From Octopus sinensis (Eukaryota): a DNA stretch of 64,000 bases. The translations under genes and the position numbers were made by a program. The stretch is taken from assembly GCF_006345805.1 (NCBI RefSeq), contig NC_043006.1:49848001-49912000 (forward strand). The letters run 5' to 3'. Under the pieces are notes generated by a model, which ran no database searches, was not told the DNA's origin, and was given only the letters and a program-made list of their open reading frames with translations. Every line of letters starts with the position of its first letter. Position 1 is the stretch's first letter. Below, one piece after another: positions 1-13,354 of this stretch.

Positions 1-189
1 TGGGTCGAATTTCGATTAAAAGGGATCATGGAATAAAAGCCGATCAATAGGGATCGTGTATCACAGAAATGTCAATGTAAAAAGCGAAAATAGATTAGGT
101 TTATCAGTGGAAAGAAAAGCCTACGTAAAAATGACCACGGTAACCTTGGGCAATAATGTCATGCAAAAAAAAACACATTACAGTAAGTG

Positions 190-1130
190 ACTCTTTTTCT
201 TTCTTTTTTTTGGTTCATAGGATTATGCTCAAGCTGGCTCCGTCATTCACACGTGCCATCCTTGCTATAGTCACCCATCTTTTTTTGAAACATTCACTAG
301 ACGAAGCTTCCTTCTTTACTCTCACCTTCCTCTTCAAGTGATACTTGAAGAAGTTGATGAGAGATTGACCAGAGAGGAAAGTGTCTATCTCTAAACCTTT
401 CAGACGCGTCCACCATACACATTCTTTCGCCATAGCCACAAGTACGATGAAAATGGCTCTTCCTTCCCGTTTCAAGAAAGGAGGCACGACAACATTCACG
501 ATAGACTCAGTTGATAAACCAACTCGTTCCACACGTGATAGCAGTCGTTCGACATAGGCCCACAGGTCAGAAATGGTTGGACACTGTACAAGTGCGTGCA
601 GGATGGTTTCATCTCTCAGACCGCATCTCGGGCAGGTCGGCCCCGTGTTTCTCGAGTCATAACTGTAGAGCTTATCCCGAACGGATAGTGCTTCTCGATA
701 GCACTGCCAGGCCAGGGATCTCTGGAAGTTGTCCATAGGTCCCGGCTCGAAAATCATCTTGAACAGGTGAGTCAGGTATTCCTCGTCGACGCCCAGGTTC
801 GACCCGAGATCGTCGTCGTACCTCCCCTCCGCGAATCCCCTATAGAATGCTTTGGTTGTGTTAAAGTCGCTCAAGGTTGACCCGGAACGGCACAGTTGCT
901 TGAGAGCAACGCGATACTCGCGGTACCATTCGCCCTTCCTCGGCCTCTTTTTGATCCACGACTGCAGTTCGGTCATGGAGACGAGCTGCGGGAAAACGCG
1001 ATTCACAAATGGCAACGACACCTGTTCACCGTCTTCTACGTAGAGCCGGAGATGTCGCAGTCTCAGCGCGTGTCTGCGCATCATCAACCACGGCATGCCC
1101 AGTCCTCCTTTTAACGGGTGTTGGCAGCAA
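190..1130 (-). mobile_element. 5'-truncated Tx1/L1-clade non-LTR retrotransposon, ORF2 C-terminus with zf-RVT-like zinc finger
   Basis: ORF 215..1150(-) is open for about 300 codons and contains CPRCGLRDETILHALVQCPTISDLW (CxxC..ET..H....C..W). An A-rich tail follows the stop on the minus strand (~190-210). The first ORF codons come from the flanking microsatellite. Confidence 0.8.
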
Positions 1131-1521
1131 ATGTACATATATATATACATACATACATATACATTCTCTGAAACAAAATATTACTGCTAGCACGGTTCCA
1201 CGTTTATACACACACTTATTTTGTAATATAAGGCTGCTTCCAGTGCGTTCAATAATTAAATTCTCCCCTGGCTAGCTTTTGTGTGAACCGGTATATGTTT
1301 TGTTTACAGCTTTCTATATTGGAACAAGCATTTTTGTGGCTTAACTCAGAACGTCCAGAGTATACGTCATTGAAAAAACCAAATCAGAACGAAATACCGT
1401 GCATAGCGAGCGATCCGACTTTTATACAAAAATCTCTGAGAAATTTCTCTTTAACAAAATATTGCATCTAATGAGGTTCCACGCATGCGTGCAAATATTT
1501 TGTGTATGCACACCAATACAT

Positions 1522-1719
<198 letters not shown>

Positions 1720-2357
1720 ATATTGTTTTATACCAAATGCTATTTTATATGTGGTTCTCAAGTTAAATATTCTTTTAAGAGTTCTTTTCTCGGTCTGAGA
1801 ATGATGTACCGAAAATAAAATATCACAATGTTATATATAGTTCACAATATTACGTGGACCTAAAAGATGAATATTAACAAAAGCAGTATCATATACAAGT
1901 TTTTTAAGTGCCACCATCTGGACATTTTTGTGAATATCATAGACAAAACACTATCATAGACATAACAACAATGAAGAAGAACTATGACGGGTAAAAACTT
2001 AGAATATTTTATGAGACAACATCAAACAGAAGAAACTAAATTAGAAAGAAGAAATGATTCACAGAGGTTGTTAATTGATGGCGAAATAAATGGAAATGGA
2101 GGAAAAGAAAAACAAAAAATTGTAAGAATGAAATTATGTGGATGAATGATATAAAGAATTGTACAGGTTTAAAATAGAGTCAATTGATCATAAAAAAAGT
2201 GCATGAAAAACCGAGATGGTGATCTATGGTATTCAACTCCCTGAAAGCAGACGATAATTTATGATGACGCTCATGACATGTGTGAATATGTAGTATCTGT
2301 GTATATATCTGTGTGTGTGTGTGTGTAACAGAGTATTTAAGTATAAGTGAATATGTG

Positions 2358-2412
<55 letters not shown>

Positions 2413-2480
2413 CTCTCTGCCTTACTACACACACACACACAACACACACACACACACACACATACACACATAAATATATA

Positions 2481-2710
2481 TTGGGTTGTCCGGAAAGTTC
2501 GTGCCGATTTATAGTAGCTTACATTTCGACTTATTTTAGAACATGGTTGAGTCTATAAAATAGGATTTGACTACACCTCCATTTAGAGCACACTTTAAGC
2601 TATCTTTTCGTGGAAGAAGGTTTATGTTCCTATAACCTGTGTTAATTCTGTAACCCTTTAAAATGGAAGATAAGAAAGTTCATTTTCAGCACTTGATGTT
2701 TTGGGAACCA
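2481..2710 (+). mobile_element. mariner 5' end (TIR plus transposase start MEDKKVHFQHLMFW), truncated
   Basis: Starts TA|ttgggttgtccggaaagttcgtgccg, the same TIR and 5' sequence as the 15525-16088 element. It breaks off at ...tgggaaccag into a SINE. Confidence 0.85.
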
Positions 2711-2877
2711 GGACTTATTCTTTGTAAGCCTAGTACTTATTCTACCGGTTTCTTAGGCCGAACCACTAAGTTACGGAGACGTAAACACACCAGCATCAGT
2801 TGTCAAGCGATGGTTGGACGACAAACACAGACACACAAACATATACATACATACATACAAATATATATCTATATCTA

Positions 2878-2920
<43 letters not shown>

Positions 2921-3039
2921 GACGCGTTTCTTTCAGCTTCCGTGTACCAAATCCACTCACAAGGCTTTGGTTATAGTAGAGGCTATAATACAAGACACTT
3001 GCCGAAGGTGCCACGCAGTGGAACTGAACCCGGAGCCAT
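2708..3039 (-). mobile_element. SINE family 1 copy lacking the head (left arm of an inverted pair)
   Basis: Reverse complement of 3080-3379; same family as 21477-21858. Confidence 0.85.
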
Positions 3040-3198
3040 AGGCGTGGTTGTGTGTTAAGAAGCCTTGCTTCCCAACTACATGGTTCCGGGTTCAGTTCCT
3101 CTGCGTGGCACCTTCGGCAAGTGTCTTCTACTATAGCCTCTACTATAACCAAAGACTTGTGAGTGGATTTGGTACACGGAAGCTGAAAGAAACGCGTC

Positions 3199-3240
<42 letters not shown>

Positions 3241-3391
3241 GTATATGTTTGTGTGTCCCTGTTTGTCGTCCAACCATCGCTTGACAACTGATGCTAGTGT
3301 GTTTACGTCCCCGTAACTTAGTGGTTCGACCTAAGAAACCGGTAGAATAAGTACTAGGCTTACAAAGAATAAGTCCTGGGGTAAATTTGTT
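3038..3391 (+). mobile_element. SINE family 1 copy (right arm of an inverted pair)
   Basis: Head ggcgtggttgtgtgttaagaagc...ggttccgggttcagt, internal (TA)n, body ending in tacaaagaataagtcctgggg. Confidence 0.85.
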
Positions 3392-3699
3392 CGACTAAAG
3401 GTGTGTCGGTGAAACTCGCTGAGGATAACTGACATTTTCACAAAGTTTGAAATCGTGGCGATACGGGATATGTCTGACTTTTCAATTTACAATTTTTTTC
3501 GTAATTGGTACGCGGGGATACAATTTCTGCCCATTCTCCCGATTTCAGCTAATGTGGCTGTAGTCGTCTTTTTGTAGTACCCTTAATTATTAATCAATAA
3601 TTTTTTACCATATGCTGTTTCTTTACGCGTGCTGTGCTACTTGTAATTATTGTAAACAATAATGTCATATAAATTTTTATTATGTGTGTGTGTGCGTGT

Positions 3700-3749
<50 letters not shown>

Positions 3750-3983
3750 ATACGTTGCCGTCAATGCTGAACACTAATAACCATTATTTTAATATTCTTC
3801 CATTACTATCCATGTACTTTAATACATATGAGCACATTAGCTAGTGTTGCCTGAAACCGTCCGTCTGTGAGGATATGTAGTGTGTGATTGTGAGGAAGGC
3901 GTACGGTTGTAGGTGCTTGTTTGCGTGTGCATGGACATTCACGGTTCTATGCGTGTATGTGTATCTGTGTGTCTGTGTGTGTA

Positions 3984-4024
<41 letters not shown>

Positions 4025-4975
4025 CATAAAATTTTTACAAATTTATTACCAGCGGCATAGCATGTATAAAAGTCTATAGTTTTTATTTTTCATTCCCTTT
4101 AAAATTGCTTAAATTTTTGTGGTCTTAAGTCGTTTTGACTGTCACCTAGCGTGTAGAAATTACCGGTTATAGGTAAATTTCTCTTTGTGTTTAAATGTAC
4201 ACTATTTCATATATATATATCAAGATATAGATACATACATACAAGTCAGATAGACACATAATCGCATACATCCATACATCCGTCCATCTATACATACATG
4301 CATGCATACATACATATATACATATATACATAATACATACATACATACATGTTTGGTAAAAGAAACAAGAGGAAAACTGCTCAATGCATAATTACAATTA
4401 CCTTTTCTAGTTTTAATCGGTAGGAAGTCTACATGTGACTTGAGGACCAAGAGGTATGGCACTTATCAAACTGAAGTTTCGACAGGACTTTCATTTTTAG
4501 AAACTTTCTACCAATGAAATACACATGCGCGCGCATAGATTTAAATATACATATACGTATGCCAGCGTCTGTTTTAAAAAGTACAACGGATCTAATAATT
4601 TGGCTTCCACCGTATGTTTATTAGCATGCCAAGTAACACCTTTACCGATGATGGTCCCTTTCCCCAAAAATTTCAGGCCTTGTGCCTATTGTAGAAAAGA
4701 TATTACATTAAAAGTTATCTTTCGTGAGTAAACTTGGTTACATGTATTGGTAGAAAAGATTGCATTAACATATTTAATGTATGGGTCATTAAAAAGCTAA
4801 CGAAGAATCACTATGCGATGAGGCAAAATAATATTAGCCAATTATTGATATCCTATTCTATCTTAGCTCACATAAAAATTATATTAGTTCTCGAATTTTT
4901 ATCGCTTATTTCTCTCTGCATATTGATTTTTAGATACTGCGTTAGTAGTCCTGGCATTAAATGTGTTAACAGTAA

Positions 4976-5006
4976 CTTACCATTATTATTATTATCATCA
5001 TCATCT

Positions 5007-5057
<51 letters not shown>

Positions 5058-5067
5058 TATTATTATT

Positions 5068-5098
<31 letters not shown>
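4976..5098. repeat. (ATT)n/(GTT)n compound microsatellite
   Basis: Direct reading of the sequence. Confidence 0.95.
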
Positions 5099-5260
5099 CC
5101 TTTGCACAGATTCTAACGCTGGAGATGTACTACTGTGTCAATCGCTCACTACCAGTGAACTAAGGTGACACCCCTTATTTTTGGAGCACCTTCCGGAGTA
5201 TTCGAATTACTATCATTATTATAAACATTATTATTATTGTTGTTATTATTTTCATTATTA

Positions 5261-7486
5261 TCTTTCAATTCTGTTGCCATCTCTTGCTGAGTGTCTTCCT
5301 GACACCTAGGGCAGGGAAACGCGCTATATACATTGGTAGGCCATTAAAATAGACACTCCAGTTTGCTCATTTACAAAGTCACGTGATAGAGAAAAAGAGG
5401 AAGAAAGGAAAAGGAAAAATAAAAAATAATAAAGTAAACAGAAAATAGAGGTGGAAAAAGGTAAGAAAATTCACAGCGACAATGCTCTTCTCAATACATG
5501 CGACTTACTAGTTAAGACAATCTTTTTCACTTCCTGCATGTATGGTAAGCCAGGGATCATTCTTAAATAATTTCCAGTTCCTTTTTTGATCATTCCAAAT
5601 GCTCCTACAATCACTGGTATCGTAACCGTCTTGAGATACCATATCTTTTCGATTTCGATTAGCAAATCTTTATATTTTCTGAGGTTATCAAATTTTTTTG
5701 CCGAGATATTATGGTTACAGGTTATCCTTATGATAATTAATAAACACACTTTATTCTTTTGGTCTTTCACAACAATATTTGCTTATTTGCTTTTGTGGTC
5801 CGGTCTGTAAAAAGGGGGAAGTCCAAAAGAATAGTTACATTTTCTCCCTCAGTTACAGTCTCGATTTTGATTTTATAATGCCGACACATTATCCAATGTA
5901 GATATCGGCCAACTCTGTCGTGTCTTGACTTGTACTTTACAAGTACTAAAACCTTACACCCAGAGATTAGGTGGTCCACAGTTTCAATCCCATCGTTGCA
6001 GTATTGGCAATTTGGGTTTATTCCATTTTTCATCACTTTGGATTGATAGTTCCGGCTCAATAAGTTCTGATCTTGAGCAGCCAAGATAAAGCATTTACTT
6101 CTTGCCTTTGGCCTTGAGCTCCGTAGCCACTGATGGGTGTGTTTCTGGTATACATCAGCTTCTTTGCTACGAACCATGCAGTGGTTTTTGTTTGCTACGG
6201 ACCATGCAGAGGTTATTTTTCCCACCTAACAGCCAATTGTTCAAACGCATTTTGCTTTGCTATTGATTTCACCTTCTTTGCAACTACAATTGCTGCACTT
6301 CCCTCATGCTGTTCAACTTGGATGCATAAACTCACTTGGACATTTTTGTTCTCCTTCATAACAGAATGGAGCTTCTTAGGTCTTTCGTGGTTTTCAACGG
6401 GTTTAGCACCCAGTCGTTAGATGTTTCAAGATATTTTGCCAGTCCAATTGTGGTGGTTTTGTAAGAGATTTCGAACTGGACCAAGCCTAGGCCTCCTTGA
6501 GCTCTGGGTAAGTAGAGACGGTCTGCATCTGCCTTTGGGCAGTGCATCTTATTGCAAGTCGGCAGCTTGCAGATGTTCGTGTCAATCTTCCTTATTTCGT
6601 TCATATTTCAGTTCAACATATTGAAACTGTAAATAACAATCGGAACTGCTAAAGAATTTATAGCGTACACCTTGTTATGTGCATTTAACTCGGATTTTAG
6701 GGCTGCTCGAACTCTCCTGTAACATTTCTTTTTTCCTGCTAGCATGCTGAATATCAGAGCCCTCATTTATTCCGAGGTATTTGTAAGTTTGTTCCTGCTG
6801 GAATTGTTTTATGACTGTGTCAACATACAACACCACTGAATATCGAGTCTTCAGTTTCCCTTTCTGGAAGATGGCCTCAGCGCATTTACCAAATTCCATC
6901 CCGATGTCATCACTGAATGCTTTCACAGCACGCAATAGTCCTTCAAGCTTGTTATCGTCTTTGCCATAGAATTTTAAGTCATCCATATAAAATAGATGAC
7001 TTATTTTCTTGTCGCCAATTTTATATCCATACCCTGTTCAATTAAGTTCACTTGTGAGGGGTTATACAAAAAAATATGAGTGAAAGTGAGTTACCTAGGA
7101 AAATGCCGCAGTTGATATCAATATTTTTTGTGGTCAGTACTTCAGTACAGTGGTATAATTGAAGATTCATATTCCACACTGCTTCAGGAAGTTTGAAATC
7201 ACAGGAGAAATTTTGAAGATACCCAGTGATTTCAAGATCCATGAATGTGGTATGTTGTCAAAGGCCTTTTCATAGTCAATCCATGCAGAACTGAAATTTC
7301 TACGTTTGTTATGACAGTTTTCAAGGGTCATACGATTGGTTGATAGTTGATCCTTGCATCCATATGAGCGTTGTCGGCACATTTTTTGTTCAGTGGGGAA
7401 AATATCGTTTTGTTCCATAAATTTGCATGTTTTCTTCACGAGGATGGATGTTAAAATTTTATACGTTGTAGATAGACATGTTATGG
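5261..7486 (-). mobile_element. R4/Dong-type non-LTR retrotransposon, subfamily B, decayed (RT to RLE to 3' UTR)
   Basis: Fragments PITCLSTTYKIL..WIDYEKAFDNIPHSW, (Y)MDDLKFYG, WLRSS..AAQDQ..CQYC...ETVDHLISGC..RHD, KYKDLLIEIEKIW...IPVIVGAFG..HVLRRALSL. It ends in an AAT-rich tail and has many stops and frameshifts. Confidence 0.88.
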
Positions 7487-7670
7487 GCTCCAATGCTCCA
7501 GTTATTGCTGCTATTGTTTTCACCTTCATCCCTCACATCTTGAATACTTCAATTTTGAGGTTTTCGTACTCTGACAAGTTGTCCGATTCCTTCTGGCAAT
7601 ATTTTGGTCAGAAGGCACTGCAATGTCTATCAATGAGCAGGAGTTTTTTTATTTTTTCAATCCTGTTTTT
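7487..7670 (-). mobile_element. isolated RLE-domain fragment of an R4/Dong element
   Basis: Minus strand reads LLIDIAVPSDQNI...ENLKIEVFKM*GMKVKTIAAITGALE, then switches abruptly into RT sequence. Confidence 0.7.
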
Positions 7671-9470
7671 ATTATTGACCAGCAGTCTTATTTTTATCGC
7701 TTGCTTTCACTGCACTACCGAGTACAGCTCTGTGTGCCTTGGGTATATGCTGTGGCTTGTTGTGATGCTCCTATTTTCATTGTATTGAAAGTGTTTTACG
7801 TAGGATACGTGCGGTGCCTAGTAGTACTATTTTCTGTATGTTATATATACTTGTAAGTCCTGGTGTTTTGGTTATGTATTTGTCTGGATATTTCTTTTAT
7901 CATACCTAATACACTTATTGTGTTAGGAATTGTTTGTGTTTTTAGACTTCACACACGAGTTACCGCTATTTCCAGGTCTTTGTATTTTGAAAGTTTCTCG
8001 GTTTCTTTCAGAGAGACATTGTCATTTGTTGATATTGACACATTGATTAGAAAGCATTTTTTCTTGGTGATCTCTGACAACTATATCCAGCCTATTGGCC
8101 TTAATTTCTCTATCTGTGTGTATTGGCATATCCCAGAGTATGGTTGCTATTTCTTTTTCTGTGACCTTTTCTGCCGTGTGCCTATATCATCTTTTTTCTG
8201 TTGTTATTCCGTAGCATTGGCATAGATTCCAGTGTGTATAGGTCCCAACTCTGTCGTGTCTCAGAATATATTCATTCTTAGCCAGGGCTGGGCAGCAAAA
8301 GACAATATGATTTATTGGTTTCTCTTCATCTCCATATATTCTGAATTTACATGTATTTCTTTTCATTACATGTATTTGGTAATTTCTGGTGGGAGGGTTT
8401 TGATCTTGTGCTGCAATTAAAAATCCTTCAGTCTCTGGTTATATGATTTTGGTAATTTTTGGTGAGGAGACTTTCGTCTTGTGCTGTAATTAAAAACCCT
8501 TCAGTCTCTGCTTTGAGTACTGAGCTTCTCAGCCATTGTTGGAATTTTGCTTTGTCTATTTCTTTTCTGTTTAGTTTAACCTAGTATTTGCCGTGAAGGG
8601 GATTTCTTCGCTGTCGTTTTATCATAATCCGTTGCTGTTCAAGATTTTGGATTTCAGTTGTTGTAAAGCTTTTGCTGTTTCTTCTTTTTCTTCATAGATA
8701 CTATGACTTCTTTTTTATATTTGTCAGCTTTTTCTTTTTCCCGTGTTTTGTGGCTATTTGTATTAGTTTTCTTTGCTTCTGAAGTACGTTTTTATGTAGT
8801 CCTATGGTGGTTATTTTATAATAGTTTTCTAGCTGTATAAGGCCTCGACCACCTTCTGTACGTTGTATATACAATCTTTATGTGTCAGATTTTGTGTGGT
8901 GCAACCTATATCCTGTCATTAAATTTGTTGTTTTCCTGTCTATTTCGATTATTTCATTTATAGTACAGTTAAGAATATCGTAGCTGTAACTTATAACTGG
9001 AACGACTCGAGTGTTAACCTATTATCTTATTTTTTGCATTGAGCTCTGTTTTCAGTAATACTCTAACTCGTTTATAGTATTCTTTTCTTATTTTCTCTTT
9101 CATTTGCATGTTTTGTATCGTATCTAGTTCATTGGTTCCTAAGTATTTGTATGTCTGGCTTTAGTCTAATTCTCTTACTTCATTTGTTTTATCTAGTGTG
9201 ATGTTGCTACTCTTGACTAGATTTCCTTTTTTCAAGGTTGCTTGTGTACATTTTTCTAAGCCAAATTTCATGTTTATTTCTTTGGGAAATCCATGGTACT
9301 GTCTGTAGTAATGTTTGCAGCTGTTTATCATTCGTAGCGTACAGTTTTAAATCATCCATATATAAGAGGTGGCTGATTATTTTGCCGTAACAGTTGTATC
9401 CACGTCCAGCTCTGTTTAGCATGTCAGATAAAGATGTCAGTGCCAAGCAGAAAAGGAGTGGAGAGTGGGG
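7671..9470 (-). mobile_element. R4/Dong-type retrotransposon, subfamily A, 5'-truncated
   Basis: LFCLAL..LSDMLNR..YMDDLKLYATNDKQL. Its RLE and 3' UTR (gagcatcacaacaagccacagc...gtgaaagcaagcgataaaaataa) closely match 57906-58510 and 62100-62611. Confidence 0.88.
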
Positions 9471-9649
9471 GGGGGGGCACACAGCACAAACACATACAAC
9501 GGGCTTCTTTCAGTTTCTGTCTATCAAATCTACTCACAAGGGTCAACCCGAAGCTATAGCAGAAGACAATTGCCGAAGGTGCCACGCAGTGGGAATGAAT
9601 CCTGAATCATGTGGTTGGAAAGCAAGCTGCTTACCACACAGCCACGCCT
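9470..9649 (-). mobile_element. SINE family 1, 5' part
   Basis: acgggcttctttcagtttc...ccacacagccacgcc matches the other copies. Confidence 0.8.
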
Positions 9650-10084
9650 CTAACATAACAAAATATATCACATTAATCCGATGACTTTGCTAAAAACGAA
9701 GAAGCGCACCCTCCCTACATTATGAATGAATAATAAATTAACGATTATCCTATTTTTAACATGGTTAACTTCATTACTTGCTGTTTATATCGCTCGTTCA
9801 TGCAGCTGGTGATAACAAAGAAGTAGATATTTCTGAATTTTATCGTAGCGTCAAAAATTATTTTCCCTCACATTTAGAAATCAATATATTTTCCAAACTT
9901 GCGGGGTAGTGAGTGGTGGCTGCAGAAATGGAGAGCACAAGAAGAATACTTTTTGTTTCTTACTTTTTATTTATATATATTTTTTTCCTTCTTAAGAGGA
10001 TTCCAAGTCCTGTGAGGAACGTCTTTGGTTTTCATCTATTCATGGTTAATAATAATTTCTGATTAAGGCACAAAACCAAGAGTT

Positions 10085-10450
10085 TTGAGGTAAAAAATTA
10101 GTCAAGATTAGTCCTTCACTACTACTTTATTTTATCGACCCTGGGAAGATGAAACACAAAGCTGACCTCGGCAGGATTCGAATTCAAAACGCATGATCGG
10201 AAAAAATAATGCAAGATATTTTTCTGATCTCCTCCTGCTTCTAAGACCCCACCCGCAGTTTTCAAGTTTAAGAATAAAACTATTTCTGTCTGATTGATCA
10301 AAACCCTAAATTAGTCGTCTACCTAAATATTGATTTCAAATTTTGGCACAATGCCAGCAATTTCGGGGGACGGGATAAGTCGATTACATCGACCCCAGTG
10401 TTCAACAGGTACTTATTTTATCGATCCCGAAAGGATGAATGACAAAGTCT
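10085..10450 (-). mobile_element. two degenerate SINE family 2 fragments
   Basis: tttatcgaccc..gaaagatgaa..aaagctgacctcggcaggattcgaa and aggtacttattttatcgatcccgaaaggatgaa. Confidence 0.7.
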
Positions 10451-10615
10451 GTGTGTATATTTGTATTTATGTTATCAATTTCCCATACACACGCACACAT
10501 GTATAAATATATATGAAACTAAATATTTATTAATTCGTTTCAAAATATCGTTCACGTAACATTTATAAATTGTACACAAACATGTGCGCACATGTGTGTG
10601 TATGTGTGTGCGTGC

Positions 10616-10665
<50 letters not shown>

Positions 10666-10671
10666 TGTGTG

Positions 10672-10702
<31 letters not shown>

Positions 10703-11106
10703 GTTTGTTCTCCACCACTACTTGGCAATCGTTGGCAAGGGGAATTGCTGGTTTCGCGAATATAATTGAATTATATCAGTTTAAATCAACCCTAAAAAAG
10801 ACCTCTTTCTCTCTTTCTTTTGTTCTTTCTTTCCTTCTTTTTTTCTTCACCTAGCCAAGCCTCAAAAAATTCTCCCACACACACACATAGTTACACACAC
10901 ATATACACTCACGTATATAAACACGCATGCAGGTTCAAAATAACAAAGAACAATCTCTTCCCAATTCAACTCCAGATTTTTCAGCTAACTCCCATATGTA
11001 TAAATGACAAATGTTCTGTAAAACAATCGTTCATGATGAATCTCTGAAATGAGATGAAAGCGTTGAATAAATGACTATCCTAAATTCCACCTCCTGTTCT
11101 TTAATA

Positions 11107-11814
11107 TACTGGGTGCGATGGGTAAACTGTTGCCATTTTATACTTTTTTATTTCGCGCATACGCTTTTTTTTATTTTGTCGACTACACGGTATAGTAGAG
11201 TCAGTTGGACACTGACTGTGAGAAAAACAGCACCATGGCGCAATTCGGAAACGACATGCTGTACTGCTTGGTGTTCGCGTATGTTCCAGTACGAACATTT
11301 CAGAGTGTTTGAGTGTCGATTTGAGGATATGTACTGAGAGTGATAAAATTAAACATCCAGTCAACATCATGATGTTTGGAGTGATCACTAATGATGGCGA
11401 TGTTATACCTCCATTCATCTTCCCACACGGCCTCAGACTCAACACGGAGGCCTACTTCAAATGCCTGGGTGAGGTAGTGATGCCCTGATACAATAGGGTG
11501 ACTGCTGGAAGACTCTATGCCTGGCAATAGGACTCTGAACCATGCCACACAAGCAGGAGAACTCAGTCATGGCTGTCAAACAATTTCTGTGACCACATCA
11601 CCCCTAACATTTGGCCACCTAAATCCCCAGAATGCAACCCATTTAATTATTACGTGTGGTGTGCAGTTGAGCGAGAAACCAACAAAACTCCTTGTAACAC
11701 TTGTAACACCAAAGATGAACTGAAGGCAAGGATTATGGCAGCATTCACCAACTTAAACAAGGAGACCGTCCAGAAGAGTTGCAGGAGATTCCGAAGTCGT
11801 CTGGAGGCTGTGGA
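11107..11814 (+). mobile_element. maT/DD37D-type Tc1-mariner transposon remnant
   Basis: Frameshifted translation KHPVNIMMFGVITNDGDVIPPFIFPHGLRLNTEAY..WQ*DSEPCH..WPPKSPECNPFNYYVW..KDELKARIMAAF..SCRRFRSRLEAV. Possible TIR start tactgggtgcgatgggtaaa. Confidence 0.8.
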
Positions 11815-12467
11815 TTGTATCTTCTTAATATAAATGTGAGTGATGTGTCTCAGTCTGGAAACGCTTTATGTTCGTTAACTCCTTCTAGACCGTTGGTGCA
11901 AAGACAACGAAACTCAAACAGGCAACTCCCCTAATCCCAGGCAATGTCCTAAGGAGGTCTATTTTTCTAAGGGTTGCCAAACTGGGGCCCCACTGATCCC
12001 CCTATTTTTACTGCATTTTAAACAAAATACATGGCATTGGTGACCAAATCGGAGTAATGACAATGAATTTCATATTATGAACTCCTAGGGAGTATCGTAA
12101 GGAGGTTCAATTCCTGAAGGGCCACTTAAATGTGACCCTATTCGTACTGCATTTATCTCGCTCCTACCTTTTTTGATTAAATTTTGATCATCATCAGTGT
12201 TTAGCACATTTGCAGAAATAAGATTCACTATGCACGAGTAGAGGGACGCGAAGCGGCCCGATGGTGGGGCCGAAGGCCTCAAAGGTGCCCTCCACACGAT
12301 CCACCTTGAATGCCGCCCGAACGGCGACTTCAAGGCTTGTTGAATATATTTAATCTTTAGTATTTCAAGATATTTTTATGTAATTTTGGTAAAAATATAT
12401 GTTGAAACGAGATGTCAGCGTTATTTTCATTTCTGCGTAATTTAGTCTAGTCACTGCACCCTGTACA

Positions 12468-12532
<65 letters not shown>

Positions 12533-12547
12533 TATTCTTTTTTTATT

Positions 12548-12972
12548 CCTTTTCTTGTTTCAGTCATTTGACTGCGGCCATGCTGGAGCACCGCCTTTTA
12601 GTCGAAGAAATCGACCGCAGGACTTATTCTTTGTAAACTCGGTACTTCTTCTATCGGTCTTTTGCCAAACCGCTAAGTTACGGGAACGTAAACACACCAA
12701 CATCGATTGTCTGGTGATAGAGGGGAGGACAAACACAGACAGAGAGACACACACATAAATATATACACATGCACAAACATACGAACGCACACACATACAC
12801 ACACACACACACACACATATACGACGGGCTTCATCTCTATTTTCGTCTACCAGATCCACTCACAAGGTCGGCCCGAGGCTTTAGTAGAAGACATTTGCCC
12901 AAGGTACCACGCAGTAGGACTGAACCCGGAACCATGTTGTTGGCATGAAAGCTCCTTACCATATAGCCACGC
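12548..12972 (-). mobile_element. SINE family 1
   Basis: cttgtttcagtcatttgactgcggccatgctggagcaccgcc...actgaacccggaaccatg. Confidence 0.88.
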
Positions 12973-13103
12973 TAAGATATCCTAATATCTTAACAAACTT
13001 TCAAGCCGATCACATGGAGGAATGGCGTTTGTTTCCATTTTGGATGAAAACATTTTCAACACAGAAATACACAAATATTATATACACAAATATGTATATA
13101 CAT

Positions 13104-13138
<35 letters not shown>

Positions 13139-13169
13139 TTATTTTAAGCAGCAGAAAATTCAACAAAAT

Positions 13170-13207
13170 CTGTTACTCTGAGTTTCTCGTTGCCGTTCAT
13201 CAGACAG
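13170..13207 (-). ncRNA. minimal type-I hammerhead-like motif (family H1)
   Basis: Minus strand reads ctgt CUGAUGA acggcaacga GAAAC ucaga GUA acag. Stem I is ctgt/acag. A second copy lies at 36768. Confidence 0.65.
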
Positions 13208-13241
13208 TTTTTGCTAGAATGGCAAATATATATATATATAT

Positions 13242-13354
<113 letters not shown>

